DNA of 63,581 bases, the filler included, from Stramenopiles sp. TOSAG23-3 (taxonomy: Eukaryota), in NCBI GenBank assembly GCA_900128585.1. It is 25 parts of 25 records of this genome, joined end to end, with 100 filler letters (N's around TTAATTAATTAA, not from the genome) between each part and the next. Parts side by side here need not be neighbours in the genome. Positions count along the whole stretch, not along the records: positions 1 to 2,469 come from LT644793.1; positions 2,570 to 5,035 come from LT644794.1; positions 5,136 to 7,596 come from LT644795.1; positions 7,697 to 10,156 come from LT644796.1; positions 10,257 to 12,716 come from LT644797.1; 20 more parts are not named here. One strand, given 5' to 3'. Both the position numbers and the translations under genes were made by a program. Shown piece after piece: positions 1 to 11,579 of the stretch. A model generated the notes under the pieces. The model was not told the origin of the DNA. It made no database searches and was given only the letters and a program-made list of their open reading frames with translations. Every line of letters begins with the position of its first letter. The first letter of the stretch is position 1.

Positions 1-2425
1 GAAAACGCTTTCCTGTATCTGTAAATTCTGTTTTGTTTTGTCCATTTGTTTCTTCCGCATTGTTGTCTTCCCACAGATGGAACGGTGTATCGTGGTCATC
101 TTCCGATCTTGTTACTAGTCCTTTCTTACCTAGATCAGCAGTGAAAAAAATTGATCGGCAAAGCCGAAAGTACGCCTCGGGAACCGCAAAATGAACGTCA
201 CTTTCCAGACACATTTTTAACAAACCATTCGTTTTGGCTGTTATTTCTGTGCTATCCTCATCGCACGCAAATTTAGAAAAAGTTTCAACCAGGTTATTCC
301 GTATATGTTCGTTTTTTTTTCCATTCCACTTCTTCCCTATTAAAATTTCCGCAAATAGACACATTCTCTGTGCGCACTTATTTGAATCCTTGCTCAATAA
401 GCCTTCCAAAAAGCATAATACTAACTTTGTTGCTCTTCTTACTGATCGAAGCCATTTATTGCTTTGTTGTTCTTTTTGTTCTTCTTTTTGTTCTTCTTTT
501 TGTTCTTCTTTCGATATTCGGAAAAGAGCAACAGTAATAACTCGGAGGACAAACGGTTTCAAATTGTCAAGCCCTTTGGAGTCTCCACGCCACAGTGATG
601 CTATACTACACATACATACACGTCGATTAACCAGAAGTCCTCTTCACATTCTCCGTGGTCTTCGCCTTGCTTTTCCTTCTTTCCCATCTGTTCTTTCTTT
701 TCCTTCTCTCCCACAATTTCCTCAAACAAGGCTTCAACAAATTTTAACACACACTGTTTCGATACCCCGGCACCACGTTTGATGGCAAAAGAAATAAAGA
801 CCTCATAAATTCTCCTCGAAGATTCAATGATGTCAGCATTTTCAATTTTAGGTTCTGCGGTCCCCAATAACCCTTCCGCAAATATTAAGTCTGCAACGTA
901 TTCAACTGCGGGTGGATAGCCCTCCGCCACAGCCATCGCAAAAAGGGCCTCATACTTCTTTGCCTCACGAAACGATTTTGTTTCAACAGCTTTTGACGGT
1001 CGCTCATAAAGGGGATCATTTAAATCCAGTCCCTTCAGTTGTCGCCTAAAATGTTCATGAAACGATGTTGTTTCATATGACCCTTTTGAAGGTCGCTTAA
1101 AATGTTCATCAAAGGCTTTCGAAACAGACATGCCATGCTTCCAGATTGCTCGCACGCTATCGTCCAAAATCTCTCTGGCTGCGCGTTCGTCAATTCTTAC
1201 ATGCTTCATAAACCGCTGAAATTTGTGCGAGTCGCCTTTGAGAAGTCCCGACAAGTCTTGCAATGCCTTCACCGGTACGTTTAGGGCACGTGCCAACTTT
1301 TTCCAGTTCTTCAGTGGTACCGGCAGGCCCGAGCTAAGTTTTACAAGGGTACTGGTCACACTGCTGATTTCCTCTTTGTATACGCTTGTATCCTTTGCCA
1401 GCAGAAACCGTAAGACTTAGAAATATTGATTATAGGGTTAGTCTAATTTGGGTCGGAAAATAAAGGAAGAAAGATTTTTTAAGGAACAATGGTTTTTACT
1501 TACTGGCGTTGAATTCGCGTTGTTCTGGTACAGAGAAATTTACAGCTTTATCAGGCTCAACGAAATTAAATAATAGTGTGGGCATGTGGTCAACGTATAC
1601 TTCGGAACGTAGGCGATATAAATCATCTGTGGCGTCTTGTATTTCGATGTACCAGTCTTTACTAGCGTCACTTTTGGCGTTGCCCCAGGGGCGAATAAGC
1701 GAACTGCTTATTCGCCCCTGGGCAAAATTGGACAGTGTTGTCGCTATTCCATAAGCTCTTGCGACAGGGTACCGCGCCAGTATTCCTGAAATCCGTAAAT
1801 ACCGGTCAGTGATCCGTGTTTCCATCTCATTTTCTTCATCCGAAGAACCAACATCTATTTTCTTTTTCATGGCTTTAATTATGTCGGAGACGTAATCCTC
1901 AAAATCAATGAGGTTAACGTGCGTTTTCTTACCTGTGGTTTTGGCAGCGCGTGTTTGTTTTGCGCCCAATTCCAAAAGTTGCCACGTTGTGGCCAATGCC
2001 CAGTTCTTCAGATGCCCATGCTCTTGAGTACTTTCGCGCTTAGAACGCCGGTTCCAGCACATGTTGCGATACCATCCGGCTCCATGAGACCAATAACGGC
2101 TTTTGGTGCCTTCAACTTTTTCATCCGTTTGGTCAGGTTCAGGTTCACCTTCTGGTGAAAGAATCGAAAAAAAACTTTGGGCGAACTTTTCCTCCTTACT
2201 TGGCTCTTCTGTTGAACTAAATGCACGTCTCCGCTCACTGCCAGCCCAAAATATCTCGCCTTTTTCTTTCTCTTTGTTCTCTTTTTTTTCTTTGTATTCT
2301 TTTTTTCCCAAAAACATGGCTGAGCGGTATTGTTCGCTATCCACGTTTTTAGTCTCCAACTCCTTCTGTGTAATTTTTGGAGCCATGATAGACAGGACAC
2401 TTTTTATGACGGTTTTTATATGCAT
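1..2425 (-). CDS. Hypothetical spliced gene, 3'-truncated: exon 2425(or 2386)-1504, intron, exon 1415 to ~620, frame change, then open frame 643-2
   Basis: Removing 1503-1416 fuses ORF 1496..2425 in frame to ORF 601..1359, which lacks its own upstream ATG; a further stop-free minus frame runs 643 to 2; no recognisable domain. Confidence 0.55.
1416..1503 (-). other. Spliceosomal intron, 88 nt, phase 1
   Basis: Donor GTAAGT at 1503, branch point GACTAAC at 1443-1437, acceptor CTAAG ending 1416; AT-rich; splicing gives GCC-ATC-TTA in frame. Confidence 0.8.
1684..1722. repeat. Perfect 17-bp inverted repeat with 5-nt loop inside a CDS
   Basis: CCCAGGGGCGAATAAGC-GAACT-GCTTATTCGCCCCTGGG. Confidence 0.95.
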
Positions 2426-2469
2426 TGGGTGAAACGTGATCTTCGCTGCGTGTTCCCCAAAAATGTTTT

Positions 2470-2569
2470 NNNNNNNNNNNNNNNNNNNNNNNNNNNNNNN
2501 NNNNNNNNNNNNNTTAATTAATTAANNNNNNNNNNNNNNNNNNNNNNNNNNNNNNNNNNNNNNNNNNNN
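2470..2569. other. Artificial contig spacer (first of 24 identical N44-TTAATTAATTAA-N44 linkers)
   Basis: The same 100-nt linker recurs every ~2.55 kb; TTAATTAATTAA gives stops in all six frames; contig lengths fall steadily (2469, 2466, 2461 ... 2429). Confidence 0.99.
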
Positions 2570-3274
2570 TTTTAAAATTATTTTGGAAACCAACCCTTTT
2601 ATTCGTTTTGTATTCTAATGTGTTTTGATAGGGATATTTATTACATAGATTACGCGTAAATCTCCGATTTTTTTTTAAAGTCTCTTTTATTATATTACGA
2701 CAGTGTGGTATTATACGTATTTCATATAATACTGTAGCTATAAATAGCAAGCCAATAAAAAAATATCAAGGAATTTTTTGAGAGGAAGGAGGGCCTTTTC
2801 TTGTTTTGTTGTTTCAATTCGCCTCTCTTGTTTCCTCGTACTGTATGTAGTGGCACACTATTAATGTACATTGCATGTATAATTTTGTCGCTACAGAGGT
2901 ACAGAGGTTGGAGAAGAAATGAGTGCGTCACCCACCATCAGACGGCCATTCATAAACACAGATGCTATTTCTATATTAATTATAATTATAATTATATATT
3001 ACTACACAATAATTCCTCCGTCCTGTTATTGCGTCATCCTTCTTCAATTCCTCTCATCTTATTTTATTGGGGCGGGGGGCCGTTTTTGGTAGTAATAGTA
3101 GTATGCATCACTTTCGTTCAGAGTTCACATTTGATACCGATCATTTTGAATTAGAAATGGAGCGGAAACAAGCACGAACATTTACACAGAAACTTTTGTG
3201 AAGAAATATTCTATTGACGAATATTTTTTATTTTGCAAGTGCAGTGAATTTTTTGTCTGTTTATCTCTTGTACG

Positions 3275-4108
3275 ATGAGTAAAGGCAAGCCAGGATTTCT
3301 AGCAAGTATGGGTCTGGCGGGGACGACCGCCGTGATTGTTGTAAACGCGACCCACCCCATCGAAGTGGTCAAGACCAGGATGCAAATGAGCAAAGCTTTT
3401 TCTATGGGGCAAATGATAAAGTCGGAAGGGATGAACTCCTTGTACAAAGGCATTCAGGCTGCCTGGTGTCGCGAAGGGTCGTACACGTCGGTCAAGTTGG
3501 GCCTTTACGGTCCTATCCGAGAACTGTATGGCGCAGGTGGTAAGGATGCACCTTTTGCGAAGAAGTTCGCTGCTGGCGCAACGTCTGGGTCTCTTGGTTC
3601 ATGCATTGGCAACCCATTTGATGTGATGAAAACGATGCAGATGTCTGGAGAAAAGACGCCTCTCCCAACGTTAATGAAGAGAATGCACGCAGAACAAGGC
3701 CTGAAAGGCTTCTATCGGGGGATCTCAGCGAACATCATGCGAGCCTGCGTACTCAATGGTACCAAGATGGCATGCTACGATCAAGCGAAGGGCTTCGTTG
3801 TTGACACGACCGGATTTTCGCGGAAAGATCCGCGGTGCCAGTTTCTTAGTGCAACAATAGCAGGTTTTTGTATGACATGCACGGTCTCCCCGTTTGATAT
3901 GATGAGAACGCGGTTGATGAACCAACCTACGGATAAGAAGCTTTACAACGGCTTCGCTGATTGCTTCACAAAGATATTAAAGAACGAAGGTCCTCTTGCA
4001 TTTTACCGCGGCTTTTTTCCGATATGGGGTAGGTTTGCACCGCAAGCAACTTTGCAGTTAATTGTGTTTGAGTTTATGTTAAAAATGACCGGGTACGAGG
4101 CCTTGTGA
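3275..4108 (+). CDS. Mitochondrial carrier (SLC25), oxoglutarate/dicarboxylate/UCP-like group
   Basis: Three Px[DE]xx[KR] motifs (PIEVVK, PFDVMK, PFDMMR); LYKG/FYRG motifs; REGSYTSVKLGLY and RACVLN. Confidence 0.95.
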   Translation: MSKGKPGFLASMGLAGTTAVIVVNATHPIEVVKTRMQMSKAFSMGQMIKSEGMNSLYKGIQAAWCREGSYTSVKLGLYGPIRELYGAGGKDAPFAKKFAAGATSGSLGSCIGNPFDVMKTMQMSGEKTPLPTLMKRMHAEQGLKGFYRGISANIMRACVLNGTKMACYDQAKGFVVDTTGFSRKDPRCQFLSATIAGFCMTCTVSPFDMMRTRLMNQPTDKKLYNGFADCFTKILKNEGPLAFYRGFFPIWGRFAPQATLQLIVFEFMLKMTGYEAL

Positions 4109-5370
4109 TCGACCGATTCCGGTCCTTTGGCAAGTATTACTTTCCAGCCTTTACGAGAAGATTGTTTTAAAAATTAGGCGAAGATTCCCGTCCTCGTAAG
4201 TAAATTATATAGTCGTCTAAAAAAGTGTATTCAAACAAACTGTTGAACCTTTTATTATAGATGGTGGTATTCAGTGTATTTTAATATATTATGTATAAGG
4301 AGTGTTTTATTAAATATCAGGTATACCAAGTACCAAGTACGACCTCGCCAATTGTACTTCGTCACTTCGTCTATAAGCAGAGTAAAGTACAGTACATCGA
4401 CCAGATGTGCGATTTTTTCTTGTTTGCCACTGTTATTCCGTCCTATTTTTCTAAAAAATTTCAACATGACCGTCGTTGTTTTTCTTTTTGTCAAATGCCA
4501 TCGTAGACACCTGTTCTATCAGTCGGTCAATGTCCTTGGCGCGAAAAAAAATCCGACTCAAATTTCAAAGCATCGAAGCATTTGGCCAGAACATGACAAA
4601 TGAATGCAAGGAAGATATTTTTTTACATAAATCTAGCTCAGAAATCCCGCAGGCAAACTGTGCGAGCTCTTCGACGAACGTATGTAAATTGTTTGCCCTG
4701 GAATGACTTGGAAATGCGGTTCCGAGGGACAATTTTTTGTGAAATGGACGATTTCACCCAAACGCCACACGAAGAATCACTTGTTCCTTATTTAAATTTG
4801 AAAAACGAATCATACGGACATAATATTGTGTATCCCAAGCCACTTTTGGCTCTTTGATATTGTAAGAATTATCCTTTTTTCGTAAAGATCTCTTCGTTTC
4901 AAATAGTTAACAAAAAGTTCCTCGCGATGTTTCAATTCCGCGCCAAAGATACTTGAACATCTAAAGTTTTATCGTAACCTTTTTCGTGCATAAAATCTAA
5001 AAGACGCTCCCGCAAGCTTCCTCTATATTCGACCCNNNNNNNNNNNNNNNNNNNNNNNNNNNNNNNNNNNNNNNNNNNNTTAATTAATTAANNNNNNNNN
5101 NNNNNNNNNNNNNNNNNNNNNNNNNNNNNNNNNNNGCCGCCATGCCCAACGTCGCCTGAAGATTCAACGTGCGCCCGTGCGCTGTTATCTTCAGAGTTTG
5201 CTATGGATGCCATACCCTGCCAGTGAGAGGTGAACTACACGCCTGTACAAATACACGCACCCAGTCTGTTGCTCTGTTAGTTCAAAGTTGTAATTGGAAT
5301 ACTTTATATTGAAATGTTAAAACTTATATTATTGTATTGTGAATATACGGTGGTGGGTTTTGTTGGTGAA

Positions 5371-5540
5371 AAAGAAGAAGAAGAAGAAGAAAGAAAAAAA
5401 AGAAGAAGAAGAACAAGAACAAGAAGAGAGAAGAGAGAAGAAGAAAGAAAAGAAAGAAGAAGAAGGAAAAAAAGAAGAAAAAAAAAAGAAGAAGAAGAAG
5501 GAAGAAGAAGAAGGAAGAAGAAAGGAAGTGAAGAAGAACC
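5371..5540 (+). repeat. GAA-rich purine microsatellite
   Basis: Degenerate (GAA)n tract. Confidence 0.9.
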
Positions 5541-6200
5541 AAAAAAACGGCGACGGAGGAGGAGGGACGGACAGACCAGACCAGACCGGACAAACTGAAG
5601 ATTAAGGTATGAATAATATTAGTAGAATTAGCTTCATTATTATTAACTATCTTAGAGTATAAATAACACCTATATATATATATAACCTTAATATGTTGTT
5701 GTTTTTTGAAAATAATTAATTATTTTAATTAAAAAAAACAATAATAATAATTATTGTTTTTTTTATTTTGATCTGCGATTATTACAAGACACACGACGAC
5801 GACCGTGTAAAAAATAATTTTAAAAAAAACTTATTATTATTATTATTATTTTTTCAAGAAGAAGAAGGAAGAAGAAGAAGAGGAGTAGTACCGTACCGGC
5901 ACCAACGTAGTAGTATAAATATAATAATAATAAAAAAATAATAAGAAGAATCATCTCCCATTTGAAATTTTACAGCGTGCACACTATATATAGTTTTACT
6001 ACATACAGGAGAGTTAATGAAAAGAAGGTTCAGAATTAGTTTAGGAAACTTCGGTATCCCTTGCTTTGCCCTTTTAGGGAAACAGTTTGTTTTGAGTTTA
6101 GTTCTTGAAAGGGCCCGTTTTTTTCTTTTGTGTCGAACCTTCCTTGTTGCGCCTCGTAATCCACCTGTTCAACGTAGCGCGTCGTACAGTGGTATAGGAT

Positions 6201-6560
6201 ATGGGCATGTCGTCTTCTAAAGAAGAGAGTGAAGAGGCAAAAATGAAAAAAATGGCATCGGCGGCTCTGAAGAAGTTGGCGCCTGAAGTTTATACGCTTG
6301 AAAAGAGATTTGAGGCCTTAAAGCGAGATTTTGACCGCGCAAACGATGAGGGAACTGCTGGTAAACAAAGGAAGGCCTTTCTGGCGGAGGCGAAGCTGAT
6401 AAACGAAATAGGCACCCTGTTGTTGATCAAGTTTGACGGCGTTGTATTGCACCCAAAAGACCAAGTCAATCGACAAGTTCGCAAGGGTCAGATACAGAGG
6501 GTTCAGGCAATAGACAGGGCACTTGCGACGACTGGTCTGATGCCAAATGTAAGCTTGTGA
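6201..6560 (+). CDS. Small BAG-domain co-chaperone
   Basis: LLLIKFDGV...NRQVRKGQIQRVQAI resembles the BAG helix 2-3 consensus (LLKLDGI...R..RK..V..VQ). Confidence 0.7.
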   Translation: MGMSSSKEESEEAKMKKMASAALKKLAPEVYTLEKRFEALKRDFDRANDEGTAGKQRKAFLAEAKLINEIGTLLLIKFDGVVLHPKDQVNRQVRKGQIQRVQAIDRALATTGLMPNVSL

Positions 6561-6664
6561 TGGAGGTTTTTGGCCGGCTATGTCCATCACTCTAGCTGGC
6601 AGACTAAAGATCACGTTATGTAATGACGCAGGTAAGACGTTCGTACGTGCTCGTACAGAATTTT

Positions 6665-6710
6665 AAAAACAAAAAATGGCGGCTGTTATTTAAGTAATTT
6701 TAGAATTAAA
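6665..6710 (+). promoter_or_regulatory. 3'-end motif A copy
   Basis: AAAAACAAAAAATGGCGGCTGTTATTTAAGTAATT about 105 nt after the BAG stop. Confidence 0.6.
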
Positions 6711-6939
6711 TAATTGTAGGTACGACAGACGCGGTTTGTAAATATTGCCAAACCACCTCTATCGGAACAATAGTCGGTGTATAAATACGAAGTCTAAGGC
6801 ATCCATTTCAATATATCATTAGTTTTTTATAATTTGTTTTTTGATTAGTTTTTTTTTTCAATTTCATAAAAAATCATTTCAATTTCGTAAAAAATCAATT
6901 CTCTTCTAAAAGCTTACGCACATCAACAGTTGAATTTAT

Positions 6940-7596
6940 TCAAGGTGGCGTGAAAGAGGTCGACCCGGCCCTTTCCTCTGATACCCCGCTTAATGGGACC
7001 GCGTACGCGACCAAACGCTCCGGGTTCTGGCCTGAAGTCATCGGCGCACCGTGGGTTATTGGGCCAGCGCTATATTGGGGCATGTAAGCCCGCCGGTGCG
7101 CGCTTGAAAAATTTGGACTGCTGCAGTGCCACACATCGTGTGACATTACCACCATGTCTCCAACGGCCATTTTCAAAAACGTCTTTCTTGTATCTTCACG
7201 AAATGCACTAAATTGTTGCCCCGAATGGCCCGATACAACAGCATCCTGAAACGAAATAATAGACAAGCCGCCGTTCGTCTCAGTAATGGCATCGAGGGGG
7301 CACCATACAGAAACATACGGAAAGAATTGCTGTATCCCTTTCTCTCGCATACTATCGGCATCGCGGTGCCACGCAAAAGAAGTCGCTTCCCCTAAATTCG
7401 GTGGTTTGACAATGTACTGCTCGTTCAGTAGACACAGATCTGAACCTAGAATCACCGTCAGCAAATCTTGAAGTTTGCTACAAAAAGATGCGTGCCGACC
7501 GGGCGCATTGCCAATCCTACCGTTGTTAAACACCGCGCTGCGCTCGCGACAGTAAGACTCCCTATCGTACCGACAGACGTGAGTGCTGTTGTTAAA
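6940..7596 (-). CDS. Phytanoyl-CoA dioxygenase (PhyH) family 2OG-Fe(II) oxygenase, 5'-truncated
   Basis: EQYIVKPP, WHRD (HxD), VSVWCPLD, NGGL, WHCSSPN...RRA motifs; frame open to the contig end. Confidence 0.9.
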   Translation of the reverse strand, partial: FNNSTHVCRYDRESYCRERSAVFNNGRIGNAPGRHASFCSKLQDLLTVILGSDLCLLNEQYIVKPPNLGEATSFAWHRDADSMREKGIQQFFPYVSVWCPLDAITETNGGLSIISFQDAVVSGHSGQQFSAFREDTRKTFLKMAVGDMVVMSHDVWHCSSPNFSSAHRRAYMPQYSAGPITHGAPMTSGQNPERLVAYAVPLSGVSEERAGSTSFTPP

Positions 7597-8464
7597 NNNN
7601 NNNNNNNNNNNNNNNNNNNNNNNNNNNNNNNNNNNNNNNNTTAATTAATTAANNNNNNNNNNNNNNNNNNNNNNNNNNNNNNNNNNNNNNNNNNNNTGTG
7701 CTAAATTCTGTCGGAACGTCCTTTTAGCTTTTAAGAAACTTCAATGATTATCTGTATAAAAAATTTGTTTATATAATATATTATTTTAGAATCTATAATA
7801 ATAATAATATTATTTAATATAATAATATTATATATTAAACATAATATCATATAATTAATAAAAATATAAAAAATAAATAAATAATACAGTATTATTATTA
7901 AAAAATAATAAAATCACATCGCGGAATAATTAACCTTTACATATCAGGCAGGATGCTATTACATCTTATTTACGGTCCCCCACCGGTCAGATGGATGATG
8001 CACGAAAAAAGCCTCCTTTTTTGAACGTTGCCGTAGAAGAAGTACATATTTCGTACTCTTATTTATTCTAAGTGCTGATTTTACACCTGAAATGGACGAA
8101 TTCGTTGGTACTCCTATACTAAGAAAAAATGAAAAAATACTCTGAAATGGACAAATTTTATGAAATTTCATAGGCATAAAGTGCTATGGTGTGTCTTTTG
8201 AATAATATTTAACGAGGCATGTTGGATGTTAATACAGTGATTAGCCATGGCATGAAAAAATCGTTTCATCAATATAATTATTTATTTTGTATCACATTTT
8301 GAGCGATCATTTGTTCACAACCCAATTTTTGGCACATAAATACAGAAAAATTGATTTATTCCGCGGATTTTTCTGTTTCCTTTTTTAAACAATTCAATCT
8401 TGCCCAATATATAATCGTACCTAATTTTGAACAAAAGTCTCTTACAGTTTTGTATAAAAGTCAT

Positions 8465-9952
8465 ATGGAATACTCTCTCGAAGAACCCCTAAATTCTGGA
8501 AGTGGGCATGAGAGTGCCAGTATGGATACGATCCCTGAGCGGAAGCGAGGGAAAATAGCTGCATATACTCCTTACACAAATGCTGGTATGAAGGAGTATG
8601 AGTGGAGGGTGTCGGGGCATAACTACGAATTCAGAAAGCGTGGAACTGATGAAAAAGCTCCTGGAAAATCATTTTTGGTGTCCACTCTCCCGTCTTTAAA
8701 TCAAGTCATGCGCTATGAAGCAGGAGACGTAGCAGCGTTCGATTCAATACTTGTGAATGTAGAGAAGAGGAAACCGAAAACAAAATGCATTGGCTGCAAG
8801 ATAAAGTATATTACCGGGAGCCATAGCCTGTATTGCACTGAATGCAAAGTAGAGGAAAGAAATCGACAACGGGAAGAAATTCGTAAAGCGAAGGTGGCTG
8901 AACGAAAACGACTGCAAGCGATTGAGAGTGCAAAAGCAGAAGCTATCAAAAATGCCCTATCCGAACAGGATGTTGAATTTAAGCGAGAGATACATCAAAT
9001 GGAAGTAAAGATGAAAAATCTCATGAACACTCTGGCATCTACCACCAAGCAATTGGCAAAGCAACAAGAAGAATCGGGGCAAATCTTGAATGGTAAAGTA
9101 GTGGCAGAAGATCAGTTGCAGAAAATGAAAGAAAAGCTAGAAAAAGAGCGAATTTCAATAAAAAATGTGCAAGCTAATGCAAATGCTGAATTGGTGGGTA
9201 TAATTTCAAAAAGTGTTGCCTATGGAATTAAAAATTTGCAGCTAAAGAAAACAATTATGGTCTCAAGTGTTGATATTAAGAGTGCCCTTCGACAAGATGT
9301 GCTACATGCTATCAATGCATCAGCATGCAAGTGGAAGGTAGGTGAAGGGCTGGCGCATGAGAGAACTAACATGGTTCGATCGTGGCCGGCATCCTTTTTC
9401 AATGCGATAACGGAAATTTTGCCAGGAGGTAATTATAGCACAATGCGGTTATCAAAAATGCTGGACTTGCCAGAAGCCACGATTGATTTATTTAAAACTG
9501 CCCTAATAACAAGTGATGTTAGTCAAGGACGATTATTGGAACTTTCAGAGTGTTCACGTACAACGTTTAACAAAATTTATGACCTCTCACAATATGAAGG
9601 GGCGCCAAAGCAAGCCTATCCTCACAAGTGGACAGAGATGGATTTACTACAATTTTACAAACATGTCCACGCAACTGCTCAAGTGGTTGGAAACCCTTTG
9701 ATTGATTCTAATCTTGGCACAGCATTTATCCAAAGAAGCATCAAGGTCCTTGGGATAGGGATTCGCTACTCAGCATCTTCAAAAGTAAAAAATTGTATAT
9801 ACACGAACGAGAAGACAAAACGGGCATTTTATAAACGGTCATTCCGTAGTGAATCCTTTCAGATGTCCATGTATACGCATGTGGAAGTAATGGTATGGAA
9901 TCCGTTAGGTATGTTGACATTGAAAGACACCGGAGGTTATGATCAATCATGA
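8465..9952 (+). CDS. Hypothetical protein with CxxC-x12-CxxC motif and long coiled coil
   Basis: ATG at 8465; CIGC...CTEC followed by an E/K/Q-rich helix; no family recognised. Confidence 0.6.
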   Translation: MEYSLEEPLNSGSGHESASMDTIPERKRGKIAAYTPYTNAGMKEYEWRVSGHNYEFRKRGTDEKAPGKSFLVSTLPSLNQVMRYEAGDVAAFDSILVNVEKRKPKTKCIGCKIKYITGSHSLYCTECKVEERNRQREEIRKAKVAERKRLQAIESAKAEAIKNALSEQDVEFKREIHQMEVKMKNLMNTLASTTKQLAKQQEESGQILNGKVVAEDQLQKMKEKLEKERISIKNVQANANAELVGIISKSVAYGIKNLQLKKTIMVSSVDIKSALRQDVLHAINASACKWKVGEGLAHERTNMVRSWPASFFNAITEILPGGNYSTMRLSKMLDLPEATIDLFKTALITSDVSQGRLLELSECSRTTFNKIYDLSQYEGAPKQAYPHKWTEMDLLQFYKHVHATAQVVGNPLIDSNLGTAFIQRSIKVLGIGIRYSASSKVKNCIYTNEKTKRAFYKRSFRSESFQMSMYTHVEVMVWNPLGMLTLKDTGGYDQS

Positions 9953-10469
9953 GTTATAGAAGTATATGTACGATATGGGATAATCTTGAGAGTCTTAAAA
10001 CATACTCTATATAATTTATCGCACCCAAACCGCTTCCCATGTCCCAAAGGCGCTCCACTTGGCCCGTAATAATATTGGACGTAGCTGGACGTAGATACGC
10101 GGCGCGTACGAGACAAGGGCCGAGATGAAGCACCGGACGTCCATGCGCCGCGTGGANNNNNNNNNNNNNNNNNNNNNNNNNNNNNNNNNNNNNNNNNNNN
10201 TTAATTAATTAANNNNNNNNNNNNNNNNNNNNNNNNNNNNNNNNNNNNNNNNNNNNGCAGTAAACAGCATAGACTATTTGCAAGCTTAGTCTAAAATAAA
10301 AAAATAGGATAACTCTATTCTAAAAAAATAACTAATATTTACGGCAAGTCCGGTTGTTAAAAAGGAGACCTACCAAACAACACTAGCGCTACCGTTCCCA
10401 CACACAGAACCATTTAAAGTTAAATTCAAACTCAAAAATAAAAGGTTCAAATCGAAAAAACAAGCAAAC

Positions 10470-11576
10470 ATGGCAACGAATACAAGCAACGAAAACACAA
10501 ATGGAACCACCAACGGAACCAACAAAAAGAATGGCAACAAAGGAAACAACTCATGGAAAGGAAACAACTCATGGCGACAAGGAAACAACCACAACAACTT
10601 CCAGCGATACCCGAAAGAAGTCAGAACGATCAAGGACATGATAGCATACAAAGCAATCGAATCCATGACAAAGACACAATGCATCGGGAAAATCCTAGCA
10701 ATGACAAAAGCACTGAAAAAAGCAAGGAAAAAGACAAAAGAAATGAAGAAAAAACTGAAAAAATACCAACCAGTAGTACTTCACGACGACAGCTCATCCT
10801 CTGACTCTGATAGCGACTCCTCGTCATCAGACGACGACGAATCCTTCTTTAACTTTGGACAGGAAAAGACAAAGAAAACCAGCAAAAAAGACAGAAGGAA
10901 AGACCGACAACGACGACAAGAAGAAAGGAAACGGCAAAAAGTTCAGGAACACAACATGAACAAAATGCTACTAGCTGTCACGTCACTAGCAGAAACGACA
11001 CGACAAAGCCGGATCAGGGAACAGTACAGGCACGATGCAACGCCCGCACAACCAGTATCCCCACCACCGATCAGAGCACAACAACGACCGCCACAGACAC
11101 CGCTACAAACAACAATGCGCACTTCCCACCTGTCAGAAGACACACCAGGAACTCATCTGTCACCATCACCAACGTCGCCAACACAGGCGGCACCGGGTAC
11201 CACGGAGCACACAGTAACTTTTGCACCACCAACAGAAGGAACAAACCTGCTCGCAAATGCGCCAGCAGCAACCCCGGATCCAACGATAACAATCGAGGAA
11301 ATCAAGAACCTATGTACAAGCAATCAATTACGAGGGCTAACACAGACGGACCTCAGAAACTTCCAAACAACGATTATGGAACACAAATGGGACTACCGAG
11401 GAAACGACCAAAATCGAATCACTCAAGATGGCACTGCGTTGTATAACCTAGCAAGACAATATGGCCTAAGACCGTCGCTAATACACCTAACCACCGACAC
11501 AACCAAGTGGAAAGGAGTAGCCACAAAGCTATGCATACGATTAAAAAGGGCGCAAGCGTCAACAACAACCAACTGA
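10470..11576 (+). CDS. ORF1, gag-like low-complexity basic/coiled-coil protein
   Basis: 368 aa with N/G-rich start, K-rich helix, S/D tract and P/T-rich linker; ends at TGA 11574-11576. Confidence 0.7.
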   Translation: MATNTSNENTNGTTNGTNKKNGNKGNNSWKGNNSWRQGNNHNNFQRYPKEVRTIKDMIAYKAIESMTKTQCIGKILAMTKALKKARKKTKEMKKKLKKYQPVVLHDDSSSSDSDSDSSSSDDDESFFNFGQEKTKKTSKKDRRKDRQRRQEERKRQKVQEHNMNKMLLAVTSLAETTRQSRIREQYRHDATPAQPVSPPPIRAQQRPPQTPLQTTMRTSHLSEDTPGTHLSPSPTSPTQAAPGTTEHTVTFAPPTEGTNLLANAPAATPDPTITIEEIKNLCTSNQLRGLTQTDLRNFQTTIMEHKWDYRGNDQNRITQDGTALYNLARQYGLRPSLIHLTTDTTKWKGVATKLCIRLKRAQASTTTN

Positions 11577-11579
11577 AAA

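Noticed and set aside
232-246. TTGGCTGTTATTT as a motif A copy
   Set aside because: Lies inside the open minus frame (EITAK) and lacks the flanking arms; probably chance
234-782. 182-aa plus-strand ORF
   Set aside because: Antisense shadow of the minus-strand gene
2514-2525. Regularly spaced TTAATTAATTAA palindromes as a CRISPR-like or biological repeat
   Set aside because: Always centred in N44 runs; an artificial six-frame stop linker
4400-5035. Coding-like DNA downstream of the carrier gene
   Set aside because: Stops interrupt every frame I translated and no motif is recognisable; at most a decayed fragment
5314-5605. K/E/R-rich or F/S-rich ORFs here and at 12769, 38265, 50704 and 58299
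   Set aside because: Translations of purine microsatellites
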